From assembly GCA_035515795.1 (NCBI GenBank), contig DATJAY010000028.1, positions 5,296-69,295 on the forward strand: 64,000 nucleotides of DNA. Direction: 5' to 3'. This document shows, piece after piece, positions 19,101-28,071 of this stretch (its first letter is position 1; each line of letters begins with the position of its first letter). Source of the stretch: Candidatus Acidiferrales bacterium. GTDB taxonomy: Bacteria > Bacteroidota > Ignavibacteria > Kryptoniales > JAKASW01. Both the position numbers and the translations under genes were made by a program. The notes below the pieces were generated by a model. It did no database searches, was not told where the DNA came from, and was given only the letters and a program-made list of their open reading frames with translations.

Positions 19101-19343
19101 CTGTGCGGTCCGCTCTTCGCCGTCGTGATAATCGATATAAAAATGTTTCGTCTCGATCGTGTGCCAGTTTAACTCGGGGTGAATGAACTCGTCCTGGGCA
19201 AAAGCTGCGTTGCAGGAGCACGAGGCAACGTATGCATAGAGAAATAGTGTAAATGAGAAACGATGGAAGAGTGGAGAAAACCCTCGGGACTTGTCACTCG
19301 GATGTTTCAACATTTTGATAATCTTGCGGGAAAGCAATTTCAC
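16113..19343 (-). CDS. HExxH zinc-metallopeptidase / PD40 (TolB-like) beta-propeller / C-terminal beta-barrel fusion protein
   Basis: HEFTH lies at nt 18876-18890. PD40-type repeats: FSPDGKRIAY, WSPDGNYLVY, LSHDGRRVAF, WSNDGSKIAF. The long C-terminal region has alternating beta-strand character (…WRFYFGLTFSF). Signal peptide FTLFLYAYVASCSCNAAFAQ. The GTG start overlaps the upstream stop (GTGA). Confidence 0.7.
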   Translation of the reverse strand: MKLLSRKIIKMLKHPSDKSRGFSPLFHRFSFTLFLYAYVASCSCNAAFAQDEFIHPELNWHTIETKHFYIDYHDGEERTAQLVAKIAEQMYPAVTSLYHHEPTQKVSFVIWDNDDYSNGETYFFDNKINIWASNLDFALRGTHNWLRDVVTHEFTHDVQMQTAMKFGRQLPAIYLQWLGYEAERRPDVLYGYPNVVVSYPLSGIVVPAWFAEGVAQYNVPHLNFEHDTWDTHRDMILRMYVLNHKMLTLEEMGGFGKTSLGNESTYNAGFAFVHYLAGKYGSGVLRELSDAMSSIDAVSIDQAFKKVLGKSGTQVYGEWEKFLEENYETRTEKINEALHQGRIIRDVGFANLFPVFSPDGKRIAYCSNKDNDYFGTSSIYVYNLADSSEKEVTDHTASELSWSPDGNYLVYSKLDRHNPHWDDLYDLYSYNLTTGDEERLTDGSRAEYSSLSHDGRRVAFVAGSDGTLNLFCADVDLAENKISGIKKLTDYGNGEQIYSTRWSNDGSKIAFDYSVDSSRQIGIYSFADSSVKFVTPGGEDSRDAIFADNDSSLVYSSDRSGIFNIYEENLYSGATVALTNVLGGAFMPTFSKSGDLVCSSYQWNGYKIADIESASPISNPPAYKAEIEPASQIAESTDTQGIAPQTQDAPHEKSSEEMATYVSKPYSSRTTSLSFYPVLLFDNYNPHVSFLDELKGGLYFTSEDVIGKYDIFGGITLNKLFERDIFFQLDYNDRIPGLSSLGIFPKFTLTAYNLTRQTSATFNLGGDTIPNVAITYDLIEVDGAFSGQIISPFLNLTLGFTFDRYDVEQSAFKDTVTEYLWSSLGYVYFIGRTFYAQFDFDGISPARNSWINPLGVKTRLRFSAALNKLSDSLEASSLIIPIYKPSNFFQAELMNYFAVPLLRDDDALAAKLHLGYTFGPQINDFYNFYAGGLIGMRGYPFYAIGGNKLLTLNLTYRYPLFRDVDKQLLQFYLSDVYLSGFGDVGNCWSGTVTGTKFRRDLGGELRMSGFSFYAFPTAIFFDACYGLDKFTLQLRDYQTGVPYGSATYGKEWRFYFGLTFSFDIIDFGRQGFKEMQ

Positions 19344-22300
19344 TTAACGACGGCGATCTTGATGATTTTTACTTCATGGACCTTTGAAGAAATCGCTTCG
19401 ACCCTCGCAAAGTAGACTCCGCTTTGCACTCCGGCAACATTCCAGTCAACCTCCCCGTAAGTCCCTCCTGTCCCGTTCGCAGTTGGGATATCAGCGACCT
19501 TGCTGCCGGCAAAGCTGTAAACGCTGATCGAAACCTGTGCATCATGGTTCAGATAAAAACGGATTTTTGTCGCCCCGTTTGTGACCGGATTGGGCCAGTT
19601 ATAAACTTTCGGCATCAGACTAAGCGTATCGGTTATAGATGGCGGGATCGTTCGCGGAGCAGGCGCCTCGGTAATCGAGTTCGCGTGATTATTATCGCGG
19701 AGCAAATTCGCCCACAAAATGGAATTCGCCAAGTAGTTCCCTTTGAATGTCCAGCTGTACAAATATCCATCGAGGCCGATTGCATCGAGGTACAAATTCC
19801 CGCTCTGTGAGTCGTAAGCGAGCGCCGGACTTCCCGCAAGTCCGTCTCCGATGTTCACAGGAAAACCGGTGACAAGCTGTCCGGTCACACCGTTGAATGC
19901 GTAGATCGTCCCACCCTTTGTTCCGAAAATCACGTCGGCGGTATCGCCGGTCAACGCTGCGACCACGATAGAACCCACAATTCTATTTGCGTCTGGCGGT
20001 AGGACTTCACTCCCAACAGTAGAGATCGGAAAATGATTTAGTACGGCGCCGGTATACGAGATCGTGTAAACTTTGGTTTGCGTTGCGAAAATTATGTCGC
20101 GATTCCCATCGCCATCAAGGTCGGCAACGACTGGGCCGGAGATTATAGTGTCACCGGGGAAAGAAGTAAAGATTTTCTGAGAATTCCCACTCAAAGAATC
20201 GATATAAACGGAATTCAATGTCAGCCAAACCAGATAGGAAGAATTTTTCTGGAATAAGTTCGCAAATGAGATTCCGATTGGAACTTGAGGTACAGCCCCA
20301 CCTATCGGGGACGCCGAAACATAAACAGAGCTCGATTGACTTGAAATATTGTCCAAATTCGCCGACACAATACGACCACCGAAGTTCAATACTACATTGC
20401 TTGTATCGATCGCTGCACACTGAGACAAACTGCTTACCGCTGAACTCACGTTAAGCGGCTCATCAACCGAATTCTTTACAGGAGGCGGATAAGCACGACT
20501 GCCAAGATATTTACCTTTTGAAGAAAACACGGTCACAGAATAGTCGTCCGGTTCCACCGAAATCACTTTTGCGCCCAATGCCAACAGGGGCAAGCCTGCT
20601 TCATACAAAGGTAAAGAGTCTTTTGTCGCAAAGATCATATCCGCCGTTCCATCATGGTCGTTGTCGTGATCTACCAATCCGTAAAACACTGAATCATCCA
20701 TGGCGTACAGCGTGTCATTCACGCTCGAACCCGAAATAATCGGCTGAAATTTCCCGCCCACTTTCGAGAAGAATCCGGTCGAATCAAATCCGGCCGAACT
20801 CCCGTCCATATTGAATGTATACAGAGAGTCTCCGTTATTTGCGATAACCTGCAGTTTCCCGTCCGGGCTGATATGTCCGAATGTCGGGGATGAATTCTCT
20901 GTTGCTCCGTGAATATTTTTTGGAAAACCCGACGTGGCTGTGAAATTCGAGGCGATGGAGTCTACCGTTACATAAAATGTCATCAAGCTATCATGGCTAC
21001 TGAAGTTTGTGACGTAGATATGTGAATTCGCTTCGTTGTAACCGTCGGAGTTCGGCAAAGAAAATGGGGTGAACCAATCTGCAAGCGGATCATCGGAACT
21101 GTAAGGATTGGCATGACGGGCGGGATTCCCATTGTACCAGAAATCGGCAAACGAACCATCATAGTAATTTCCGCCGAAGATCGTCTGGATGTATCTCCCG
21201 ATTTCATTTGCGCCATGCGCCTCCATGACAGCGACTCCGCGATGAGCGGGATTTGCATTTACTGTGTTCGTCGACAGATTCTGGTCGATCACAGTTTGAT
21301 CTATATGCCAAACTAAAATTCCGCCGAAGTATGTCGTGTCCTGCGGGAGCGCCCAATCGTATTCATCGGCATCTGTTACAACTCCGTTTATGTTCTTGAT
21401 TTGCACACCGTCAAAATATCCCGACGCGGTCGCAAAAGTTATTTTCATCGTACTGTAACTGCCGTCGTAATAGCTCGTGACGTTTTCCCCGTCATGGTTC
21501 GCATCGCCTTCACGATTCTCCAGCAGGAAATACTCAGTCGAGCTGATCGGAATCTTGAGCGCAGAATATTTTCCCGTCGCATTCGCGTAAAGCTGGTATT
21601 GCGTCGCCTTCGATGGAGAGACTTCGGTGGGAGTTATCCACCCCAGATATGCCTTCTCCCATACGGATGGCTCTGGAGGGAAGATTCCGCCGTAAGAAAA
21701 AAATCCCTGGCCGTCCATCAAACCGAACCTGCCGATGCCTGTTACTCCCGTCTGAGTGTCGAACAAATCCGGCAGGCCAAGAAAACTGCCGAAGCTTGCG
21801 GCAAGAAGCCCGTTGATTCCAAGCCTCAGGCTATCAATGGGGAAATCTTCCCATTCAGGCATGATGATGGAATTATTGACATGAAAACTGCCGCCGTCGA
21901 CAGACTGTCCTCCATATCCGGCACCGAACATTTGTGCGAGGCTCGTCAGGTCCAGGTAAATTGAAGGGATATCGTAAGGAAGCGGATCGTAGCCGATTGT
22001 CGCGGTGAAATCGATGTCATGGCCTGAGCCCGCATGAAATATCACGAAACATTGATACTGGCTGAACGGGAATGTTCCGTGGTACAGGGAATCCGCCGTG
22101 TGCCACGAATCTCGGAAGAGGAGTCCTAAGTTATTTCCGTTCCCCGATTTCGGAGGCGAATAGTATTTTATTTGATGAGGCAGCGTAACGACGGAATCGA
22201 GTACCGTGTAATTTATGCTGTCCTTCCCGCCTGAAACTTTGTTAAAATAATTTTTCAGAAAGAGGAGATGGTTCTCGAAATACGTTTTATCATGCGGCGG

Positions 22301-22522
22301 TGAATCGATTCCGCTTCCCTGGCTTATCACCAGCTCTCCGTTGCCGCTAGTCAATGTATCTCTATCCGTTTGGAACTGTACCATGATGGCAAGGACATTG
22401 TAGGTACCAACCGCCGGGATTTTTTGCGGCCGTGCACCATGTGCTGCGGCAAGAGGATGACTCAGCTCCTGCCCGTGCAAAAAATCAGCCCGAAAAAGCA
22501 GCGCCGCGGAAGCAATTACCAC
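19340..22522 (-). CDS. M6 (immune inhibitor A)-like protein with a degenerate zinc site, FG-GAP/VCBS-like repeats and a T9SS C-terminal sorting domain
   Basis: M6-like landmarks: NVLAIMVQFQTD, FVIFHAGSGHD, LGLPDLFDT and FGLMDGQG. The HExxH position reads AASFGS (nt 21785-21799). Repeats DLDGDGNRDIIFAT and DHDGTADMIFAT. C-terminus YNWPNPVTNGATKIRFYL...GVYFARVEA...KIAVVK. Confidence 0.7.
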   Translation of the reverse strand: MVIASAALLFRADFLHGQELSHPLAAAHGARPQKIPAVGTYNVLAIMVQFQTDRDTLTSGNGELVISQGSGIDSPPHDKTYFENHLLFLKNYFNKVSGGKDSINYTVLDSVVTLPHQIKYYSPPKSGNGNNLGLLFRDSWHTADSLYHGTFPFSQYQCFVIFHAGSGHDIDFTATIGYDPLPYDIPSIYLDLTSLAQMFGAGYGGQSVDGGSFHVNNSIIMPEWEDFPIDSLRLGINGLLAASFGSFLGLPDLFDTQTGVTGIGRFGLMDGQGFFSYGGIFPPEPSVWEKAYLGWITPTEVSPSKATQYQLYANATGKYSALKIPISSTEYFLLENREGDANHDGENVTSYYDGSYSTMKITFATASGYFDGVQIKNINGVVTDADEYDWALPQDTTYFGGILVWHIDQTVIDQNLSTNTVNANPAHRGVAVMEAHGANEIGRYIQTIFGGNYYDGSFADFWYNGNPARHANPYSSDDPLADWFTPFSLPNSDGYNEANSHIYVTNFSSHDSLMTFYVTVDSIASNFTATSGFPKNIHGATENSSPTFGHISPDGKLQVIANNGDSLYTFNMDGSSAGFDSTGFFSKVGGKFQPIISGSSVNDTLYAMDDSVFYGLVDHDNDHDGTADMIFATKDSLPLYEAGLPLLALGAKVISVEPDDYSVTVFSSKGKYLGSRAYPPPVKNSVDEPLNVSSAVSSLSQCAAIDTSNVVLNFGGRIVSANLDNISSQSSSVYVSASPIGGAVPQVPIGISFANLFQKNSSYLVWLTLNSVYIDSLSGNSQKIFTSFPGDTIISGPVVADLDGDGNRDIIFATQTKVYTISYTGAVLNHFPISTVGSEVLPPDANRIVGSIVVAALTGDTADVIFGTKGGTIYAFNGVTGQLVTGFPVNIGDGLAGSPALAYDSQSGNLYLDAIGLDGYLYSWTFKGNYLANSILWANLLRDNNHANSITEAPAPRTIPPSITDTLSLMPKVYNWPNPVTNGATKIRFYLNHDAQVSISVYSFAGSKVADIPTANGTGGTYGEVDWNVAGVQSGVYFARVEAISSKVHEVKIIKIAVVK

Positions 22523-22535
22523 GGCGGTCGAAAAT

Positions 22536-23699
22536 CTAAAAATCAGCTTGCCCGCCCCAATTCAGACCTAACGAAAAGCGAAGTTGATTTGATAAAGGAT
22601 TATTCGGATCAAACGTGGATATATAACTGAAATCAAAATTGACAATTCCGAAATCAGTGATGTCATATCGAATACCGGCGCCAAATGTCATGAAGTCTCG
22701 CCCGCCAAAATTCGGATTTTCCCTGTAGTAGCCCCATCGAAGCGCGATGAGTCTCGGCTGACCGTACCAGTATTCCGCACCTAGGCTCAAGATAATTTCT
22801 TTCAAACCGCTGCCGTCGTTCCATGTAGTGATTAACGACTTTGGCAAAGGGTCGACGGTCCGGGGAATTGTGGTATCTCCCTGCACGATTACCGTATCCC
22901 CGATTCTTACGCGTACCATCGTCCTGCTTAAATCGAGGATGAAGTACAAATTGTTATAGTCACTTTTCAGCAGGTGAAGTGCAAGACCTGCCCTGAGATT
23001 TGTTGGAAGAGGATCCGCTTGGGCTCGATCGATATAATATAGGTTCGGACCTAAATTTGTAAGTGTTATACCCAAGCCGAGCCTATTATCAAAGTTTCCC
23101 ACAAAAGGCAGATCGAGTTTCTGCGGCCTATACAATAATCCCAAATCGAAGCTGACATCGTTGGCAATACCCGATCCCTGCTCGTTCTCAGTGCCTACCG
23201 GTGATAGGTCGCTTCTTATGAAACGGAAGTTCACGCCGAGTCCAATGTCGTCGGAAATCTGGGTGCCGTAGCCAAGTGTAAGAGCGCCCTCGTAGGCATG
23301 CCATGTCCCGATCGGGGTGGGACCGCTTGAATTTGTCTGCGTGAACTCGCCCAGGTTAAAAAAAGTTATGCTTGCCGCGACACTGCCCGACCAGTCTTCT
23401 AAATAATGACTGTAACTGAAGAAATTATAATTCAAATCAGAACTGAACTCCGGCAGCCAAGGAGCTTCCGAAAGGCCTACGTTATCTCCTTTTAAAAAAC
23501 CGAGTCCGCCGACGTTCCAGAAAATGGCAGAACCGTCGTCCGCCAAGCCTGTTCCTGTTTCTCCCATGCCGCCGGCCCGGGCGTCGGGGGAAATCAGAAG
23601 AAATGGGACAGCGGTGGTCTGCTGATTTTGCGAAAACGCATCTGAGTTCAACATTAGTACTACCATCGCAGCAACTGCCGCCAAAATAGTTGCCTTCAT
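22536..23699 (-). CDS. porV: T9SS outer-membrane shuttle/channel protein PorV (LptO)
   Basis: Signal peptide followed by the hallmark AVPFLLISPDARAGGMGETGTGLADDGSAIFWNVGGLGF. Beta-barrel character throughout, and it lies immediately downstream of porU. Confidence 0.85.
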   Translation of the reverse strand: MKATILAAVAAMVVLMLNSDAFSQNQQTTAVPFLLISPDARAGGMGETGTGLADDGSAIFWNVGGLGFLKGDNVGLSEAPWLPEFSSDLNYNFFSYSHYLEDWSGSVAASITFFNLGEFTQTNSSGPTPIGTWHAYEGALTLGYGTQISDDIGLGVNFRFIRSDLSPVGTENEQGSGIANDVSFDLGLLYRPQKLDLPFVGNFDNRLGLGITLTNLGPNLYYIDRAQADPLPTNLRAGLALHLLKSDYNNLYFILDLSRTMVRVRIGDTVIVQGDTTIPRTVDPLPKSLITTWNDGSGLKEIILSLGAEYWYGQPRLIALRWGYYRENPNFGGRDFMTFGAGIRYDITDFGIVNFDFSYISTFDPNNPLSNQLRFSLGLNWGGQADF

Positions 23700-23866
23700 A
23701 ACACATCACTCCTCAATTAGGGGTTTATAATAAAACGTTTCTAAAACACTTTCCACATCCATTTCCGACTGCAATCTTCGGAAAGCCCTCCATATCATCA
23801 AAATCGAACGCACGGAATCTCGCTTCGCGGCGACTGAATCACACGAGATATATGTTACCGTTCGGC

Positions 23867-26800
23867 TCATCTTAGGACCGCCATTTTTCCTATCGCCTCG
23901 CTGGTTTGCGATCCATCGACGGTCGACACAATCACTTTATAGAGATAAACGCCGTTCGCGAGACGGTTGCCGTCATCATCGAGACCGTTCCAGTCTATCT
24001 TTACGAACGTGTCGGTCAGCCCATACGCTTGAATTGTTTTAATCAATCTTCCACTCAATGTGAAAACTTTTATCTTCACATTAACCGGTTCTCCCGGCCC
24101 GCCGACAGCCGTTCTCTGAAATGTAAATGCAGTAGCATCCCTGAAAGGGTCGGGATAGTTGTAAACATTCATTAACGACAATTGCTGCGATGACTCCAAA
24201 TCAAATGCCGCACTTGCCTCTGCTGAATTATTGAAGACATCGAATGCATCCACCTCAACCGAGTGTTTGCCGGTGGAAAGCGCCATGGTGACGGGGAAAT
24301 TCACTGTACCATCTTGATAGGAGTCGACCGCTCCTACATAATAAGGACCGAGATCAACGGACTGCTGTCCATCGAAGGTTGCCTGCAAATTATGTCCGAC
24401 TCCCGCGTCGGATAGATTAATTCCATTGTCAGAATGCAGATCGACAATCAAATTTGGTTTCTCTGAGACGACGTCGCCGTCTCTAAAATTCCGAGAGTCC
24501 AGATAAATTTTTACGGTTGGAGCCTTGTGGTCGTTCACCGCGTTCGTATCGGTCCCGCCCACGACGACATTTCTCGTGTACCCTATCCCATCCGAACCGT
24601 TCGCCTGAAAATACAGCTCTATTTTTCCTGTAATGTTGCTGTATGATATGTCTTTCGGTATCACGGCTTTTGCATCAAATGTTCCATCTTTGATCGAGAT
24701 TTCTCCTCGGAAGAGTATAGAGCCTTGAGTACGATAAGTATAACTCAATTGCGGGATGTGAATGTTTTTGTCCGAATCATATATCGTAAGAAGAGCTGTG
24801 CCGTTGAAGTCATTCCAAACGGTTTTATCCGGGTGGTAAACCGTTCCTTTTATGTCAAGCTTGTCCAGTGCTCTTATCTGCTGCGTCTGCACCGTCAGAG
24901 ATTTTCCGTTCAAACTGTCGACAGCCGCCTGGTATTTGGGCAAGGCCAATCGCACGGTAGGATCGCCGATATAATTATACTTTATGTCATTGGGATCAGA
25001 ATAATAATCCTGCTTAGTCGCGAAGAAAGCGTCCCCGATCCGCGCCGCGTTTCGCAGACTATCCCTGGTGAACAAATGCTCAAAAAGATCTGAGTTCAGA
25101 TCAGAATTTAGGTTCTCAAATGTAACCCTCGTCGAGCTCACTGCTCCTATTGCGCCGCCCTTTTGAGAATTAAGGAGAAGTTCAGCGCCGCTCTGCGTTG
25201 CGGGATCATCGTCTCTTCCAAAATCACATGTGGCGGTGACAAACAGTGCGAGGGTCGTCAGATTATTGAGTTGCGGAATTGTCACGTCGTTTTCAAAAAT
25301 ATGTGTGTAAGACCAAACGTCTGGAGCTCCATGACCCACAAAGTTTACAACAAGAGTCCCCTCATTGATCTGGTTCACGAGATCTGCCGCTGCATCGGGT
25401 TTGCGGATGCCCTGAGTTGAGACGATGGTTGGATATGAAATCAAATATATTTTCCGCCTGTCGAGATCCGGAGGCGTATATGTTAAATTATTTGCCAGAT
25501 CCTCCGAATCGATCATGAAATCGGTAATCACACTGTCCGCAGTATTGTTATCGTGATCATCGCCGACGAATGTTACAAGATTTCTCCAACTGCCGTAGTT
25601 TGGATTTTGTTCATATTGTTGAATTTTGCTTACAATTGCGTTGGCATCCTGTTCGCTTCTTGCAGGCAGTCTTCCCAAAGACATAGAGATCCTCGAAGAG
25701 GTCAGGGAACCTTTGAAGTCTACGAAATAGTCGTCGGTGGCATAGCTATCAACCTGATCCAACGAATTATCCGATTCATAGGCTGGAACATATTCCGGGA
25801 GGCTGGCCACTTTGTTCTTATAATCATAAGTTCCGGCCCCGAAGAGAATGACGTAAGAAGGAATCTGCTGGTCATTTGAATAGACAAAGTTCAGATAATC
25901 TCGAATCGCGGTTGGGTCAGGAATTCCGCAAGCGAATTCATTGTATATATCCGTAGTTTTGACAACAATCGTTTTGAGCCCATCAAAACTCTGTTTGAAA
26001 TTCGCAAGCTGGTTCGCTTGTGATAAAAAATCGGGCGGGGTAATGATTATCAGGTCCGTACCGGAAACCTGGCCGCGAAGATCGGAGTTCTGAATTTGTG
26101 AAATGCCTCCTGCGGTCAGAAAGCCGTTCTCGCCAACGGCATAAAATCGTTTCGATGCCCCGGCAGCTGTCTGGATGCCGAACGAAGCCGTCTCACCGCT
26201 GATTGAATCGGGCTGTACCATGCTAACATTGGCAAAATCTGTTACATCGAAGACTCTTACGTTATTGCTGGAAAATCCCTGGACGGAATAATATACTGCG
26301 GCATTCGTGTCGGGAGCGTAGAAATTCAGGGCATCATTGAGCGCCTGAAATCTCCTTTTGTAAAAAATCTCGAACCAATCGACGTATCCTTTAGCTAACT
26401 GAGAATCCGAGTCATAAACGATTTTCAAAGCGCTCATATCATTCAAAAGATTTCCGGTGCCCGTGTAATCCGGCGTAGACACGGCTATAGCATAAGGGCC
26501 TTGATCGCTGTATGGACCTGTAATATCAACAACGCCGCCGTTAATTGTCCCCAGCTGAGTTCCGGTAGAGTTTTCATAAATGGTGAACCAGTTTGCCTCG
26601 TCGCTTCTCGACGCAAAACTCAGCCTGTACGTAATGGGCTGCGTCGGGTCCAATCCGTACAGCTTGTTAAGATATTCGACTGTGTTGACGCCTGCATTAT
26701 CTTGTGTTGACTTTTCAAGGATCGCACCGTACCAATCTTTGCCGGAACCTTGAAGGTTATAAAGTTCACTGTCCGCAGCAACCATCGACGTGAAATCTTG

Positions 26801-27868
26801 AGGCATATAGTATGACGATGAATGATAGCTTGGAGCTATCTGCATCCGCTTTCCGGCCTGCCCGCCATAGGTCATGAAGTAGTAGTTTGTCTCAGTATAA
26901 TAGTTCAGGTAATGATGGTATGTGTGTGCTGATGGATCGTAAGTCCATTCTCGCGGCGATTTTCCGTAAAATAATATGTAATCGGCGGGTTCAAAATTGT
27001 CCGTGCCGTCTGAATTTCCATTGAAAACATATATTGCGTTCTCCATGATATCGGCAGGCCGGGGGGAGTCCGGAGGCTCCGGCAATGCATCTCCGCCGTC
27101 GTTAAAAATTCTGATCGTGTTCAAATGGATACTGTCAACGGGAATTTTTGCGTCTCTCAGATTCTGATAAGTGAGCCTGTAAATTCCGCTCTGGGATATC
27201 GAAAGGCTGTACCATGGCCCTTGGGCAAGAACACTTGAGGTTTGAATTTTCTGAAATTGATTCCGAACGCTTCCCTTCACGATCGCATTTCGCACCTGCG
27301 AATAATTAACCAAACTCTCTAACAGCAACCGATCCGTACCGACTGCCTGGGCTGTAATGCCTGAGCCTGTCGAAGCAACTTGAAACACGACCCTTTTCAA
27401 AACCTTGTAGGAACCTGTTAGACTGTCATATAAAAAAGGATAGACTCTTATCATCGATACAAGATGCCGCCGTTGTTCAGACGGTGCGTCGTAGGAGACA
27501 AACTCAGATGCCGCGAACAACGCCCGTGCCGACGGCAGGCCGGAACTGCGCACAGGCCGCATCATGGAACGCGTCGAGTAATCCGTCTGAACTATTCGGA
27601 CATTAATTTGTCGGGAAAAAACCCCGACCATGACCGGTATGAACGTCTTGAGGTAGCCTGAGGAACTCACTTCCGGCACCGCATGATCAAACAAAAGCTT
27701 CAAATATGAAACTCCGCCTTGTTTAATTGTATCGGCACCGAACAAATCGGGAGTCACTTCGATCAGTGTTGAGCCGGCTCCTTCCGACAAAACCCGCATG
27801 TCCTGAGCAAAAGATAGTTGCGCAATGGCAGATGCCAGAAGAGCGTACGCGATAATTTGTGTTTTCAT
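23867..27868 (-). CDS. porU: T9SS C-terminal signal peptidase/sortase PorU (C25 gingipain-like)
   Basis: C25-type segment LIIITPPDFLSQANQLANFKQS...IYNEFACGIPDPTAIRDYL...YVILFGAGTYDYKN. Catalytic His in VNFVGHGAPDVW and Cys in LFVTATCDFG. CTD-like end ...NGVYLYKVIV...KMAVLR. Confidence 0.85.
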   Translation of the reverse strand: MKTQIIAYALLASAIAQLSFAQDMRVLSEGAGSTLIEVTPDLFGADTIKQGGVSYLKLLFDHAVPEVSSSGYLKTFIPVMVGVFSRQINVRIVQTDYSTRSMMRPVRSSGLPSARALFAASEFVSYDAPSEQRRHLVSMIRVYPFLYDSLTGSYKVLKRVVFQVASTGSGITAQAVGTDRLLLESLVNYSQVRNAIVKGSVRNQFQKIQTSSVLAQGPWYSLSISQSGIYRLTYQNLRDAKIPVDSIHLNTIRIFNDGGDALPEPPDSPRPADIMENAIYVFNGNSDGTDNFEPADYILFYGKSPREWTYDPSAHTYHHYLNYYTETNYYFMTYGGQAGKRMQIAPSYHSSSYYMPQDFTSMVAADSELYNLQGSGKDWYGAILEKSTQDNAGVNTVEYLNKLYGLDPTQPITYRLSFASRSDEANWFTIYENSTGTQLGTINGGVVDITGPYSDQGPYAIAVSTPDYTGTGNLLNDMSALKIVYDSDSQLAKGYVDWFEIFYKRRFQALNDALNFYAPDTNAAVYYSVQGFSSNNVRVFDVTDFANVSMVQPDSISGETASFGIQTAAGASKRFYAVGENGFLTAGGISQIQNSDLRGQVSGTDLIIITPPDFLSQANQLANFKQSFDGLKTIVVKTTDIYNEFACGIPDPTAIRDYLNFVYSNDQQIPSYVILFGAGTYDYKNKVASLPEYVPAYESDNSLDQVDSYATDDYFVDFKGSLTSSRISMSLGRLPARSEQDANAIVSKIQQYEQNPNYGSWRNLVTFVGDDHDNNTADSVITDFMIDSEDLANNLTYTPPDLDRRKIYLISYPTIVSTQGIRKPDAAADLVNQINEGTLVVNFVGHGAPDVWSYTHIFENDVTIPQLNNLTTLALFVTATCDFGRDDDPATQSGAELLLNSQKGGAIGAVSSTRVTFENLNSDLNSDLFEHLFTRDSLRNAARIGDAFFATKQDYYSDPNDIKYNYIGDPTVRLALPKYQAAVDSLNGKSLTVQTQQIRALDKLDIKGTVYHPDKTVWNDFNGTALLTIYDSDKNIHIPQLSYTYRTQGSILFRGEISIKDGTFDAKAVIPKDISYSNITGKIELYFQANGSDGIGYTRNVVVGGTDTNAVNDHKAPTVKIYLDSRNFRDGDVVSEKPNLIVDLHSDNGINLSDAGVGHNLQATFDGQQSVDLGPYYVGAVDSYQDGTVNFPVTMALSTGKHSVEVDAFDVFNNSAEASAAFDLESSQQLSLMNVYNYPDPFRDATAFTFQRTAVGGPGEPVNVKIKVFTLSGRLIKTIQAYGLTDTFVKIDWNGLDDDGNRLANGVYLYKVIVSTVDGSQTSEAIGKMAVLR

Positions 27869-27877
27869 TCTCCAACA

Positions 27878-27916
27878 ATAAAAAAGCCGAATACAGACCC
27901 TTGCACCGTATTCGGC
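27878..27916 (-). terminator. Terminator-like hairpin between tRNA-Glu and the porU start codon
   Basis: Minus strand reads GCCGAATAC-ggtgcaagggtct-GTATTCGGC followed by TTTTTTATT. The T-run ends about 10 nt before the porU ATG at 27868. Confidence 0.5.
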
Positions 27917-28071
27917 AAAAAGTTCATCAAAGGTCTATCACAGCACTTATTTTAAACCTTTAACGAACTTTCTATAAAATCTTTCCTTCTTGTATTTTTA
28001 AAATATAGCAGGAATATGAAACTCTGTCAAGGCGTAACGGATTTATCTCGACCCGGCACACAGCTCTTGAA

